A stretch of 64,000 bases of DNA from Candidatus Saliniplasma sp. (GCA_046497075.1 JAWOGF010000054.1:3371-67370), one strand, 5' to 3'. Shown: positions 49,752 to 59,787, counted from the first letter of the stretch. Translations and numbers: made by a program. The notes: a model not told the origin generated them from the sequence alone.

Positions 49752-49890
49752 TCTAGTACAGGTCATCACTGACGAGCAAGCCATCGTCTGACCCGATTCC
49801 ACATTACATAAATTGATTATATATCATTTTCCCTTTTTCGTGAAGAGTGACGGAAAAATTGTTATATGCAAAGGTTGAATCGATTACTAG

Positions 49891-51426
49891 ATGAAGCATC
49901 TAAAGGAAATCCTTAAAGACATCGAATCTGGTGAAATCAATTCTTCAAACGAACTTCAAAAAGCCAAGATGAAGTACTGTAAAGAATACGGTGTTTCCGA
50001 ACTTCCAAAGAATTCCGAGTTGTTAGAGCATGTAAATAAAGTTGAAGGTATCCAAAGGAAAGATGTCGTTTCAGTTCTTCAAAGGAAACCAGCTAGAAAG
50101 AAATCGGGTGTAACAGTTATAGCCTGCATGACTTCTCCAGCTGAATGTCCCCATGGAAGATGTATTATGTGCCCGGGAGGCCCTGAAAAAGATTTACCTT
50201 CTCCTCAATCCTATACTGGTAAAGAACCAGCGGCTCTCAGGGCTGAAAGGAACGATTTCGACCCTAGATGGCAGGTGGAAGATAGGTTACGTCAATACGA
50301 TGCAATAGGTCATAAAACCGATAAAGTAGACCTAATCGTCATGGGTGGAACGTTTCCGGCTAGAGATTGGGGATATCAGAAAAGGTTTGTTAAAGGATGT
50401 TTAGATGGGTTGAACGGATCGATTTCCGAGTCTTTAGAGGAATCTAAAACAATCAATGAAACCGCTGACATACGGTGTATAGGTCTGACCATTGAAACAA
50501 GACCAGATTATTGTAAAGAACCTCAACTCGACCGGATGTTAGAATTGGGTGCTACAAGAGTTGAGATCGGTGTACAGACTTTGGATGACGACCTGTTGAA
50601 AAATATCCAGCGGGGTCATACTGTAAAGGATACCATAGAAGCAACTTGGCTAGCTAAAGAAAAAGGATTCAAAGTCTGTTATCATATGATGCCTGGACTT
50701 CCTGGGAGTGATTTTGAAAAAGACCGTGAAGAGTTCAAAAAGTTATTTGAAGATGAGCGTTACAGACCCGATATGTTGAAGATCTATCCAACTCTAGTGG
50801 TCGAAGGGACTGAATTATATGATATGTGGAAAGAGGGGCAATATACCCCTTTGGATACCGATGAAGCCTCAACGCTGGTAGCTAAGATGAAGGCTGGAGT
50901 GCCACCATACGTACGTATTCAAAGAGTCCAGAGAGATATACCATCTCCATTAGTCGAAGCAGGTGTAAAGAAAAGTAATCTGCGACAGTATGCAAAAAAG
51001 GAATTAAATGACAGAGAACTAAGCTGTAGATGTATAAGGTGCAGAGAGGCGGGTCATTCTAATAAAGAGATAGAACTCTCTGATATCGATATGAAAATTA
51101 TCGATTATAGAGCTTCTGGTGGTAGAGAATATTTTCTAGAATTAGGTGATGGTTCTGTTCTTGTAGGTTATGCAAGATTAAGGATATGTGAAGATAATTC
51201 ACCGGTCATCAGAGAATTGAAGGTTGTCGGTTCGATGACACCCGTGGAAGATGAAAGTGAAAAGTATCAGCATAAGGGCTTCGGTAAAAGACTTTTAGAT
51301 GAATGTGAAAGACTTGCATCGGATGAATTTGATAGTTTACGGGTGATCAGTGGGGTCGGAGCTAGAGAGTATTATAGGAATTTAGGTTATAGTTTGAAAG
51401 GCCCCTATATGGTAAAAAGATTTTAA
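49891..51426 (+). CDS. elp3: Elp3 radical SAM/GNAT tRNA U34 carboxymethyltransferase
   Basis: CPHGRCIMCPGG, QSYTG.EPA, IETRPD, LKIYPTLV, QHKGFG, ISGVGAREYY. Confidence 0.94.
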   Translation: MKHLKEILKDIESGEINSSNELQKAKMKYCKEYGVSELPKNSELLEHVNKVEGIQRKDVVSVLQRKPARKKSGVTVIACMTSPAECPHGRCIMCPGGPEKDLPSPQSYTGKEPAALRAERNDFDPRWQVEDRLRQYDAIGHKTDKVDLIVMGGTFPARDWGYQKRFVKGCLDGLNGSISESLEESKTINETADIRCIGLTIETRPDYCKEPQLDRMLELGATRVEIGVQTLDDDLLKNIQRGHTVKDTIEATWLAKEKGFKVCYHMMPGLPGSDFEKDREEFKKLFEDERYRPDMLKIYPTLVVEGTELYDMWKEGQYTPLDTDEASTLVAKMKAGVPPYVRIQRVQRDIPSPLVEAGVKKSNLRQYAKKELNDRELSCRCIRCREAGHSNKEIELSDIDMKIIDYRASGGREYFLELGDGSVLVGYARLRICEDNSPVIRELKVVGSMTPVEDESEKYQHKGFGKRLLDECERLASDEFDSLRVISGVGAREYYRNLGYSLKGPYMVKRF

Positions 51427-51881
51427 ATCGATTTGAATATTTCTGGTTCTGGTTCATATACCTCATCGATTTTACGTATATCTTCGATCATAGTATCAGC
51501 GTCTCCTAGGTCCCCTTTCTCAGATATTTCCTCAAGGTCTTCCCTACCAAACTCTCCTAACTCCCTTGTTAGTACTCTAGCCATGATCAATAGTTTTTCT
51601 CTTTTGTTTTCTCCTTCATCGGATTTTTTTATCGCCATGTAATATGGGTCCGATGGTTCATTTTTCTTCCTAGGTATCTCTTTTCCTCTCAATTTTTCAT
51701 TCAATCTTTGAACAGCCCAAACAGCCTCTTTTTGAGAATTTGTTTGATAATATATATTCATCTTTTTGATCTTCATCTTGTTACCACAATAATTACAGCT
51801 AGCGGTCTTATTTGAAAGATCTACCGATCGAGCATTTTGACAATCAGGACATACAATTATACCATATCTTTCTCGACTCAT
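51423..51881 (-). CDS. Zn-ribbon protein (DUF1922-like) with C-terminal helical domain
   Basis: CPDC...CNYCG at N-terminus. Confidence 0.65.
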   Translation of the reverse strand: MSRERYGIIVCPDCQNARSVDLSNKTASCNYCGNKMKIKKMNIYYQTNSQKEAVWAVQRLNEKLRGKEIPRKKNEPSDPYYMAIKKSDEGENKREKLLIMARVLTRELGEFGREDLEEISEKGDLGDADTMIEDIRKIDEVYEPEPEIFKSI

Positions 51882-52348
51882 GGTAAATACACCAGGACAG
51901 CAACAGAGCAGCCAAACTCTGCCTCATTTATATCTGTTTTGATACTCTCTACATGAATGTTCGGAATATTAATATCACGTATGTGTCCCATCTCTCTGAC
52001 TTTCTTTTTTATCTGGTCATCAAATTCATCCATATCAATATCTTTCATAAATAGTGAATGCTCAGCAACATAACCTCCCCCTTCGTCATCAAACCCATAT
52101 CCAATCCCAGCAGCTACTTCGTTTTTAACACCTACAGCTTCAGCTAAAACACAGGGGAGGAAAGATCCGAACTCTTCGTAGATTTCGTCTACTCTTTCGA
52201 TCCCATTTGGTAAAATAGATGAAACTCGGATGAGGTTGAAATCACAGATCCCAGCGTCATGGTATGCTTTATCTATAGCATTCAATGCAGATATATCGTT
52301 TTTACCTATCCCTTTTCTGACGGTGAAATGTTTGAATTCTTTAATCAT
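51878..52348 (-). CDS. pdaD: Pyruvoyl-dependent arginine decarboxylase
   Basis: AGICDFNLIRVSSILP (SS self-cleavage site), GYVAEH. Confidence 0.85.
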   Translation of the reverse strand: MIKEFKHFTVRKGIGKNDISALNAIDKAYHDAGICDFNLIRVSSILPNGIERVDEIYEEFGSFLPCVLAEAVGVKNEVAAGIGYGFDDEGGGYVAEHSLFMKDIDMDEFDDQIKKKVREMGHIRDINIPNIHVESIKTDINEAEFGCSVAVLVYLP

Positions 52349-52447
52349 CTATCACTACTAACCAAGGGTGTGATTTAAATTTTTCAGGTATCTAAATTTA
52401 GGTAATACTTATAAAATTTTAAATAATTTGATTTATTAATCAACAAT

Positions 52448-52621
52448 ATGGCTATCATAATCCCACTACTGATATTATTGGTGATCATAGTCTTGATACT
52501 GATTGTTTGGTTTGTATGGCATCTGATTAAATGTGTCATAGTACTGATACTGATCGCTGTGGTAATAGCAGCATTATGGTTCTTCGGCGAGCTGTCCCAG
52601 TTTATTCCTATGATATTTTAA
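52448..52621 (+). CDS. 57-aa highly hydrophobic two-TM microprotein (not in ORF track)
   Basis: MAIIIPLLILLVIIVLILIVWFVWHLIKCVIVLILIAVVIAALWFFGELSQFIPMIF; fills an otherwise empty intergenic gap. Confidence 0.65.
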   Translation: MAIIIPLLILLVIIVLILIVWFVWHLIKCVIVLILIAVVIAALWFFGELSQFIPMIF

Positions 52622-52683
52622 CATTTATAACCGCTCGGGTATAAGCTGATAAAGTTAAAATAGCTTGCTAATAATGTTTTAAC

Positions 52684-53391
52684 ATGGAAACCTTAGAACT
52701 CTTAGAACGGTTTAGAGATATACGGGATCACTTCTATTCTTTTTCTGAACTTTTACCTATCAAAGAATTAATGATCTTTGGCGAATTTACACTGATCTTC
52801 ATATTCATGACGTCACTGTTATTCTCAGAATATTTCACTCTACCGGTGGTTCTCACAGTGGTTTTTGTACTTGCATTACTTTTGGTATCATCACTTATCT
52901 TATTATTCTCGAAACATGTGTTCACTTTCATCGCTTTACTTGCAGGGATACTTATTTTAGCAGGCTCATCGATAATTTCACTTTTTCTTGAACTCTCACT
53001 GTTCCGATTAAATATCCATTCAATTGAAATCTTGTTCATAATAAATGCTGTCCTCATAGTGTTTATCGGTATCAAGCTGTTGAAGTATCAGTATAAAAAT
53101 ATCACTAAGAAGAGCATGTTATTTATGATCTGGTCATTTTCTATTTTATTCATAGCTTATGTGCCAATTATTGGATTAGACTTATCAAAAGAAAGTATGG
53201 GTTATGGCTTAGTTACATCTGTAATATTTGGGGGGTTTTTGTCAGTTGTATCATCGCTGCTTTATTTAAGACTTCTGCGAGATGAAGATACCTCAGAAGA
53301 GAAAACGAAAATGGATGAAAGTGCGTTTTCAGAGGAATTTGACGGTTCAAAAAATTATTATGAAAAGATAAATAAGTTACGACGAGATTGA
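52684..53391 (+). CDS. Hypothetical multi-pass membrane protein
   Basis: About 6 hydrophobic segments; no recognised motif. Confidence 0.6.
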   Translation: METLELLERFRDIRDHFYSFSELLPIKELMIFGEFTLIFIFMTSLLFSEYFTLPVVLTVVFVLALLLVSSLILLFSKHVFTFIALLAGILILAGSSIISLFLELSLFRLNIHSIEILFIINAVLIVFIGIKLLKYQYKNITKKSMLFMIWSFSILFIAYVPIIGLDLSKESMGYGLVTSVIFGGFLSVVSSLLYLRLLRDEDTSEEKTKMDESAFSEEFDGSKNYYEKINKLRRD

Positions 53392-53427
53392 AATCTAAGG
53401 TTTTCATAAAAAAAAGGAGATGAGATC

Positions 53428-53949
53428 TTGGATAAAGCAATAATACAGGTATATACCGGGGATGGTAAAGGAAAAACTACTGCAGCCTTGGGTCTTGCTA
53501 TCCGAGCTGCTGGAAGGGGTATGAAAGTACTGATCATCCAATTTTTAAAAGGTAGACACTCAGGTGAGAGAGATATCTTAAAAAAAATACCCCAAATCGA
53601 GATTGAAAGCTATGGGACTTCAGAATTTTTAGAACGGGATGAAATCAAAGAGGAAGATATATCTGAAGTAAAGAAAGGTTTGGACCGAGTGGAACAGGCT
53701 TTGGAGTACGAAGATTGGGATATGCTCCTCCTCGATGAAATCAATGTGGTTTTGGATTTCGAACTGCTAGATTTGGATGAATTCGTACGGTTTTTAAAAA
53801 GAAATGATAACAAAGACGTAGAAATCGTTTTAACCGGTAGGAACGCGCCAGATGAAATCATCACCCTTGCTTCACTTGTCACTGAAATGCGGTGTCTAAA
53901 ACATCCATACAAGGAAGGATTAGGACCTAGGAAGGGTATCGAATATTAA
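53428..53949 (+). CDS. cobO: Cob(I)alamin adenosyltransferase (CobA/CobO/BtuR family)
   Basis: YTGDGKGKTTAALG, QFLKG, LDEIN, LTGRNAP, KHPY..G..PRKGIEY. Confidence 0.92.
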   Translation: MDKAIIQVYTGDGKGKTTAALGLAIRAAGRGMKVLIIQFLKGRHSGERDILKKIPQIEIESYGTSEFLERDEIKEEDISEVKKGLDRVEQALEYEDWDMLLLDEINVVLDFELLDLDEFVRFLKRNDNKDVEIVLTGRNAPDEIITLASLVTEMRCLKHPYKEGLGPRKGIEY

Positions 53950-53950
53950 C

Positions 53951-54457
53951 TCACTCCCTGTAATATTCATAAATACCCTTTTTATGTTCATCTCGTAATT
54001 GGTGATAGTGTACGGCATTGGTTCTTGTTTTTTCTATAATTTCTTCATCCCCTTCTTTGATGATCTTAGCTGGAATGCCCACAGCGATACTGAAATCTGG
54101 GATGGTCATATCTTCTCTTACGAGAGCGTTTGCTCCGATTATGCATCCTTTACCGATTTTGGCCCCGCTTAAAACAGTTGAATTCATGCCGACTATGGTT
54201 TCGTCATCTACTTCGCACCCGTGAACCACGGACCCGTGTCCGACAGTCACGTTTTTACCGATGATCGTATGGTGACCTTCATCTACATGAACCACAGCAC
54301 AATCTTGAATATTGGTTCCCTCTTCGATCTTTATGTGGTTCTGGTCTCCTCTTAGAACAGCATTAGGCCATATACTACATCCCTCTCCTAGAACGACATC
54401 TCCGATTATCTTGCAGCTCTTAGCAATAAAGCAGGACTCTGGTATCGTTGGCGACAA
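53951..54457 (-). CDS. Gamma-carbonic-anhydrase-family hexapeptide-repeat protein
   Basis: IGDV, LRGD, NIQD..VVH, VGH..VVHGC. Confidence 0.9.
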   Translation of the reverse strand: MSPTIPESCFIAKSCKIIGDVVLGEGCSIWPNAVLRGDQNHIKIEEGTNIQDCAVVHVDEGHHTIIGKNVTVGHGSVVHGCEVDDETIVGMNSTVLSGAKIGKGCIIGANALVREDMTIPDFSIAVGIPAKIIKEGDEEIIEKTRTNAVHYHQLRDEHKKGIYEYYRE

Positions 54458-54479
54458 TCAAATCCCTCTGATACAAAGA

Positions 54480-54740
54480 TCATTCTTCTGAAATCGATAC
54501 TCTTTTTGGGAAGTATCGTAGAAGTATTATGTCTCCGACTGCGCTCACCCAACGGTAGGGAACTTTAACACTTTTCGAATCTTCAACCAAAAGGGGATTA
54601 GTATCACCTACGAACAGGCCATCTATGGCCGCTTCGTCCATATCGATAACTACGTTATTTACTGTGCCAAGAAACAAGCCAGTCTTGGTATAGACTTGGA
54701 TTCCAATCATTTCTGATACTTCTTCGAGCATATCTATCAC
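54480..54740 (-). CDS. PRC-barrel protein, CdpB-like cell division factor
   Basis: IGIQVYTKTG.FLG.V and VPYRWVSAVGDIILL. Confidence 0.75.
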   Translation of the reverse strand: MIDMLEEVSEMIGIQVYTKTGLFLGTVNNVVIDMDEAAIDGLFVGDTNPLLVEDSKSVKVPYRWVSAVGDIILLRYFPKRVSISEE

Positions 54741-54863
54741 ATGAGGTATAGTTTAATCTGTTTTAAATTTTTTTATGGTTTTGAGTAAAATCGAAGCGAT
54801 ACTTTTATACTGCAACAAGTTTTCTAACAGGTAAATATGATCGTCTGACGAAGGAGAATTAGG

Positions 54864-55430
54864 ATGAACAGCGTCCCCAGCAGTGAGGATACAAAACGTC
54901 ACTACGCCCTTCTTGACGTTTTACTGCTACTTTTCTGGCTATTGTTGACAGGCCAGTTAATAGTGATATTAAAAGGTCAAGAGATATCAATATATGTATT
55001 ATTAGCCGGACTAGGAGCGGCGAGTGCTGTGACACTCACAGCTCATGAATTTGTCATACGAGGAAAACGGAGGGAAAAGGAATCATTATTCGAGTATATC
55101 CAGTCCTTGAAAAATCTTATCTTCTTATTTTTAGATGTGATTATCAAATTGATCGTCGCTAACGGTATACTGATGTATCAATCGTTATCTCTCGATATAG
55201 AACCTAGAGTAGTAAAAACAAAAGTAAATCTAAAATCGGATTCTGAAGTAACCCTAATCTCTTTACTCATAACTTTAACCCCGGGAACACTCGTCATAGA
55301 TGTAGAGGAAGAAAAAGATGAATACTATTTATACGTGCATTTTTCGTACCTGAAAGCAGAATATCTCTCTGAGGATATCAAAGATACGATCACGGCTTGG
55401 GACGAACGTATAAGAGGTGTTTTCAAATGA
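54864..55430 (+). CDS. mnhE: Mrp/Mnh Na+/H+ antiporter subunit E
   Basis: ITLTPGTLVID, LYVH. Confidence 0.88.
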   Translation: MNSVPSSEDTKRHYALLDVLLLLFWLLLTGQLIVILKGQEISIYVLLAGLGAASAVTLTAHEFVIRGKRREKESLFEYIQSLKNLIFLFLDVIIKLIVANGILMYQSLSLDIEPRVVKTKVNLKSDSEVTLISLLITLTPGTLVIDVEEEKDEYYLYVHFSYLKAEYLSEDIKDTITAWDERIRGVFK

Positions 55431-55687
55431 ACTTACTATCTGGTATATCGACGATTTTGATTTTTATTGCCTTGTTCTCCTCATATCGACTTTTTGTTGG
55501 TCCCTCGATATACGACAGGATAATATCTCTGAATGTTGTCGGTGTTATTATAACTGTAATACTCACGATTATGAGTATAGAAACTGGAACAGGTCTTTAT
55601 CTAGATATCGCGATATCCTTTGTACTTCTGGATTTTGTAGGTACTATGGCTTTTATTAAATATCTAGAAGGTGGTGACTTTAAATGA
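55427..55687 (+). CDS. mnhF: Mrp/Mnh antiporter subunit F
   Basis: YRLFVGPSIYDRI, YLDIA, FVGTMAF; ATGA overlap at 55427. Confidence 0.88.
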   Translation: MNLLSGISTILIFIALFSSYRLFVGPSIYDRIISLNVVGVIITVILTIMSIETGTGLYLDIAISFVLLDFVGTMAFIKYLEGGDFK

Positions 55688-56025
55688 TCTTGACGATCCT
55701 ATCGGTATTTTTGATGACCCTGGGATGTGTAATCATGTTTACCGCTGCCCTGGGCCTTATGAGATTTTCTACGATAAATATGAGACTACATGCTAGTGGC
55801 AAAGCTGGAACTGGGGGGACTTTAGCACTTTTAATAGGTATCCTTGTCTATACAGGAATAGATGAGATCTCAGGTAAAATCATCCTGATAATCGTTTTGG
55901 TTTTATTTACTGGTCCGATAATATCTCATGCAATCGCTAGAGCAGCTTTTATCGACCCTGAAATACGTGCAGAAGTACCGATAGATGAATATCCTAAACT
56001 GGAAAAGAAAAAGGAGGGTAATTGA
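55684..56025 (+). CDS. mnhG: Mrp/Mnh antiporter subunit G
   Basis: GLMRF, RLHASGKAGT, PIISHAIARAA. Confidence 0.88.
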   Translation: MILTILSVFLMTLGCVIMFTAALGLMRFSTINMRLHASGKAGTGGTLALLIGILVYTGIDEISGKIILIIVLVLFTGPIISHAIARAAFIDPEIRAEVPIDEYPKLEKKKEGN

Positions 56026-56273
56026 TGGTTATCGAACTTTTCCTTATCTTGTTGTTGGGTGCTTGTATTTTGGTGGTCTTGGAAAAGGATATAATCAGAT
56101 CTTTGATATTCTTGGGTTTTGCCTCGATATTCGTGATGATACTGGTTTACCTTTACAATGCCCCGGATGTTGCCCTAACGTTAGCAGTGGTAAATGGTGC
56201 AGCTAGTACAATCCTTTTCTTGGCCGTTATAAAAAAACTGGAGGTGATTGGAGATCAGGAAAGTCTCAATTAA
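56022..56273 (+). CDS. Mrp/Mbh small subunit (MbhD/DUF4040-like)
   Basis: APDVALT motif; 3 TM segments. Confidence 0.8.
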   Translation: MMVIELFLILLLGACILVVLEKDIIRSLIFLGFASIFVMILVYLYNAPDVALTLAVVNGAASTILFLAVIKKLEVIGDQESLN

Positions 56274-56580
56274 GAAGATAGTGACTATTTCATTCCTTTT
56301 CTTTATAGTGATAACCCTCCTGAGCGGCCTTGGTCTTGAACATGAGGATAAACAGGAATCCGTACTGAAGGAGTATTATGTAGAGAACAGAAAGACCACT
56401 GGATCAGATAACATAGTTTCAGCCATCCTGCTCGACTACAGAGCCTATGATACTTTTGGTGAAGTTATGGTTTTGTATGTAGCCATCACCGGTGTTATCA
56501 TATTGGGAATGAAATCTAAAAAAGACAGTGAAGGAAAAGAGAAGGAGGAAAATGTACATATGGGGGGTGGAAATGGATGA
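56248..56580 (+). CDS. Mrp/Mbh small subunit (MbhE-like)
   Basis: NIVSAILLDYRAYDTFGE motif. Confidence 0.82.
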   Translation: MEIRKVSIKKIVTISFLFFIVITLLSGLGLEHEDKQESVLKEYYVENRKTTGSDNIVSAILLDYRAYDTFGEVMVLYVAITGVIILGMKSKKDSEGKEKEENVHMGGGNG

Positions 56581-56975
56581 GATCTATAATAATCAGAACC
56601 TCAGGTAGAGCTCTAGCCCCATTCATACTTTTATTTGGAGTGTACGTAACGATCTTTGGATATTCATCTCCAGGAGGAGGTTTTCAGGGAGGAGTATTGT
56701 TAGCCTCAGGTATAATTTTGATTCTCGTAACTCATGGTCGAAGAGAGGTAGAACGGTTGGCGTCGAACATAAGCTGGTTGGAATCGTTCGGTGCCTTTGC
56801 ATTTTTGATGGCTGGACTACTTGGGATAGTTATAGGGGGTGCTTTTTTGGCTAATATAACCCCCTCTAGCAGTCTTATGAAAATAGTTCTGGATATTGTT
56901 GTTTCTCTCAAGGTATTTGCAGGAGTTGTCGCACTTTTTGTTTATCTATTCAGCTTGGAGGTGGAACGATCTTAA
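56577..56975 (+). CDS. mnhB: Mrp/Mnh antiporter subunit B
   Basis: SPGGGFQGG motif. Confidence 0.88.
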   Translation: MRSIIIRTSGRALAPFILLFGVYVTIFGYSSPGGGFQGGVLLASGIILILVTHGRREVERLASNISWLESFGAFAFLMAGLLGIVIGGAFLANITPSSSLMKIVLDIVVSLKVFAGVVALFVYLFSLEVERS

Positions 56976-56992
56976 ATGGGATCAACATTGGT

Positions 56993-57328
56993 TTGATCAT
57001 AGTTTTTGTAGGTCTGTATGGATTGACAAATACTCACAATTCTATAAAGATCATTTTGGCACTTTCAGTTATGGGATTAGGTTTGATCTTGTTTTTCGTA
57101 TCTTTAGCTTATGTTCCCGGCGGTGCTCCTCCGATCGTACCTATTGGCTCCGATATATCCAATATTAATATTGTAGATCCAGTTCCTCACTCTTTCATGA
57201 TAACTTTGATAGTTATCAACCTTGCTACTACTGCTTTGGGATTAGCCCTGGTTATTCGCTTATTCGATGAATATGGTTCTCTAGATATCAAAGAAATGAT
57301 AAGATGGGGTGATGACGAAAGTGATTGA
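56993..57328 (+). CDS. mnhC: Mrp/Mnh antiporter subunit C
   Basis: DPVPHSFMITLIVI; start codon uncertain. Confidence 0.85.
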   Translation: MIIVFVGLYGLTNTHNSIKIILALSVMGLGLILFFVSLAYVPGGAPPIVPIGSDISNINIVDPVPHSFMITLIVINLATTALGLALVIRLFDEYGSLDIKEMIRWGDDESD

Positions 57329-58970
57329 ACATACTGCGATATTTATCATAATAGCACCATTAACTGGGGCTTTACTTTTAAGTGTACTTTCTAAGTTGAA
57401 TCTTCCCCAAATATGGAGGGATATAATCGCGTTTATCTCCTTGGTGATACCCGGGATCCTATTAATTTATTTTATACCTTCCCTTTTAGCATCACCTTTA
57501 AGGTATGAACTCGGCGGTTGGCCTTCACCTTATGGTATCACGATCGTCTTAGACAGTTTATCTGTTACAATGGCTACTATTACAGTCATCGTGACGATAA
57601 CAACCTTTGTTTATTCGTTAGAGATTAGAGAGATACTTCCCAAAGGTGAAAAATACTACATTCTCTTTTTGTTTATGACCACAGGTTTATATGGGGTTTT
57701 TTTATCTGGTGACGTAATCAATAGGTATGTTTTCTTTGAATTAACAGTTTTAACCACTTATGTACTGTTAACATATACAGATACTAAAGAATCTTTGAGG
57801 GCTAGTTACATATATTTGGTCATCGGAAGTGTAGCTTCCTTTTTCTTCCTAATAGGTATAGGGCTGATATATTTCAACACTGGTTACCTCGATTTTTCTG
57901 TCCTTTCAGAGTTGGTTCCCAACATGAGTATACATAAAAGAAACCTTATATTCATGTTCATATTAGTTGCTGTCTCTGTCAAATCAGGACTTATCCCTTT
58001 TCATACATGGCTGCCTGATGCTCACGTATCTGCTCCATCGCCCATGACCGCCGTATTGGCGGGTATCACGGTGAAAACAGGTGTTTATATATTAGTGAAA
58101 TTTATGGGTATGGGATTTATCACAGACCATATCAGATTGGTAATGATAATAATCGGCTTTATAACAGCTTTCATAGCAGTCCTAGTATCTCATAAATATT
58201 GGGACCTTAAAAGGATCTTAGCGTGGCATACTATTGCCCAGATGGGTTTGATAGTAGCAGTTTTATCTTTATGGAATATCTCCTCTGTTGCAGCGAGTAT
58301 ATTTCATCTTGTATCCCATGCGATCTTTAAGATACTGCTCTTTCTCTCAATCGGGGCAGTATTTTACCAGTTTGGTACTCGAGATATTCGAGAGATCTCT
58401 CTATTTAAGAACAGCCCGATACTGATCGGGGCTTTCCTCGTCGGAATCTTATCTTTGGTGGGTATACCTCCGATGAATGGCTTTTATAGTAAAACCCTAA
58501 TGCTTAGATCTCTCGAAGAGTACCTGGTTTTGTATGTTCTATTTATAATCGTTCAGATATTGACAGTTTCTTCTTTTTTCCGTGTTTTATATCATTCTTC
58601 AAAAGGCGAATGTAGTAGGAAACCCTTCCCCGTCAGCATACTACTCCCTACCACTGTTCTAGCCGGTCTATCTATATTTATAGGATGTACCACCACTATA
58701 TGGATGAATAATATAATCTCCCCCTCTGCGCAAGTTCTTACCAAAGGGTATACTATAACTAATCATTCCTTATTAGAAATAGAACTTCTTACATCCATTC
58801 ATGGTATAATCCTCCTTCTAACGATACCTGTAGGCATCGGTATAGGACTCGTTTCTAATAAGCTTAAAAAACCCGATTTAAGTGGTTGGCTCACAAAAGT
58901 AGATATAGCTGATTCTGTTAGGTATATAATAATTGTTTTAGCTATATATCTACTATTCACACTCCTATGA
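57309..58970 (+). CDS. mnhD: Mrp/Mnh antiporter subunit D (NuoN/M-like)
   Basis: GGWPSPYGI, YVFFE, KSGLIPFHTWLPDAH..APSP, GIPPMNGFYSK. Confidence 0.9.
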   Translation: MMTKVIEHTAIFIIIAPLTGALLLSVLSKLNLPQIWRDIIAFISLVIPGILLIYFIPSLLASPLRYELGGWPSPYGITIVLDSLSVTMATITVIVTITTFVYSLEIREILPKGEKYYILFLFMTTGLYGVFLSGDVINRYVFFELTVLTTYVLLTYTDTKESLRASYIYLVIGSVASFFFLIGIGLIYFNTGYLDFSVLSELVPNMSIHKRNLIFMFILVAVSVKSGLIPFHTWLPDAHVSAPSPMTAVLAGITVKTGVYILVKFMGMGFITDHIRLVMIIIGFITAFIAVLVSHKYWDLKRILAWHTIAQMGLIVAVLSLWNISSVAASIFHLVSHAIFKILLFLSIGAVFYQFGTRDIREISLFKNSPILIGAFLVGILSLVGIPPMNGFYSKTLMLRSLEEYLVLYVLFIIVQILTVSSFFRVLYHSSKGECSRKPFPVSILLPTTVLAGLSIFIGCTTTIWMNNIISPSAQVLTKGYTITNHSLLEIELLTSIHGIILLLTIPVGIGIGLVSNKLKKPDLSGWLTKVDIADSVRYIIIVLAIYLLFTLL

Positions 58971-59004
58971 ATCAAAAGTAGATCAGAATTTAATATTTAG
59001 GAGC

Positions 59005-59787
59005 CTACTCGATCAGGAAATCCCTAGTATCGTTCAACACCGGTCTACCCTTTCTTGCTCTATCAAGGTCTTCAAGGTCAATTTCTACCGTCAACATGTC
59101 TTCTTCATATATCGGTCCCCTTGCGACTTCCATCCCGGTCGGCGAAATCACTCTATCTCCGCCCCAGAACGTGAAATTTTCCTCTCTACCTAGTAGATTT
59201 GCGTAGAATGTGAAAGCGGTAGTTTCGATAGCTCTAGCTGGTAAGACAGTTTCGAAGAACTTTTTACTTATAGAAGGAGATGCAGAGATACAAACTATAA
59301 AATCAGCTCCTTTTAGGGCCATAGCTTTGGTCAGTTCGGGGAAGAAAATATCGTAGCATATCACCATACCTAATTTACCAAACTGAGTATCGAAGACAGG
59401 GATTTCATCATCCGATCCAAAATATCTCATCTCTTCGAAAGGCCCGAAGTTAGGTAAGTATGTTTTTCTATATACATCTATATCTCCTTCTGGATTTATT
59501 AAAACCGCTGAGTTTTTCAATCTCCCACTCCTACCTACCTTTTCCGGCATTCCAAATATGATAGAAGTCTGTTCTTCTTCTGTCAACTCAGCTATTATAT
59601 CCGTAGAAGGTCCAGGTATTTGTTCAGCTTCATCCCATAATCGATCTCTTAGCCTGTAACCAGTTAGAAAAAGTTCTGGGAATATGTATAGGTCACTGTC
59701 ATTTTGTTTAACCGTATTTGTTATTATACCTAAATTTGCTTCTTTATCTCCCAAAACATGCTTTTTTTGAACCAAAGAAACTTTCAT
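59005..59787 (-). CDS. Carbon-nitrogen hydrolase (nitrilase superfamily)
   Basis: Glu-Lys-Cys triad: FPELFLTGY, YRKTYL, ICYDIFFPE. Confidence 0.9.
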   Translation of the reverse strand: MKVSLVQKKHVLGDKEANLGIITNTVKQNDSDLYIFPELFLTGYRLRDRLWDEAEQIPGPSTDIIAELTEEEQTSIIFGMPEKVGRSGRLKNSAVLINPEGDIDVYRKTYLPNFGPFEEMRYFGSDDEIPVFDTQFGKLGMVICYDIFFPELTKAMALKGADFIVCISASPSISKKFFETVLPARAIETTAFTFYANLLGREENFTFWGGDRVISPTGMEVARGPIYEEDMLTVEIDLEDLDRARKGRPVLNDTRDFLIE

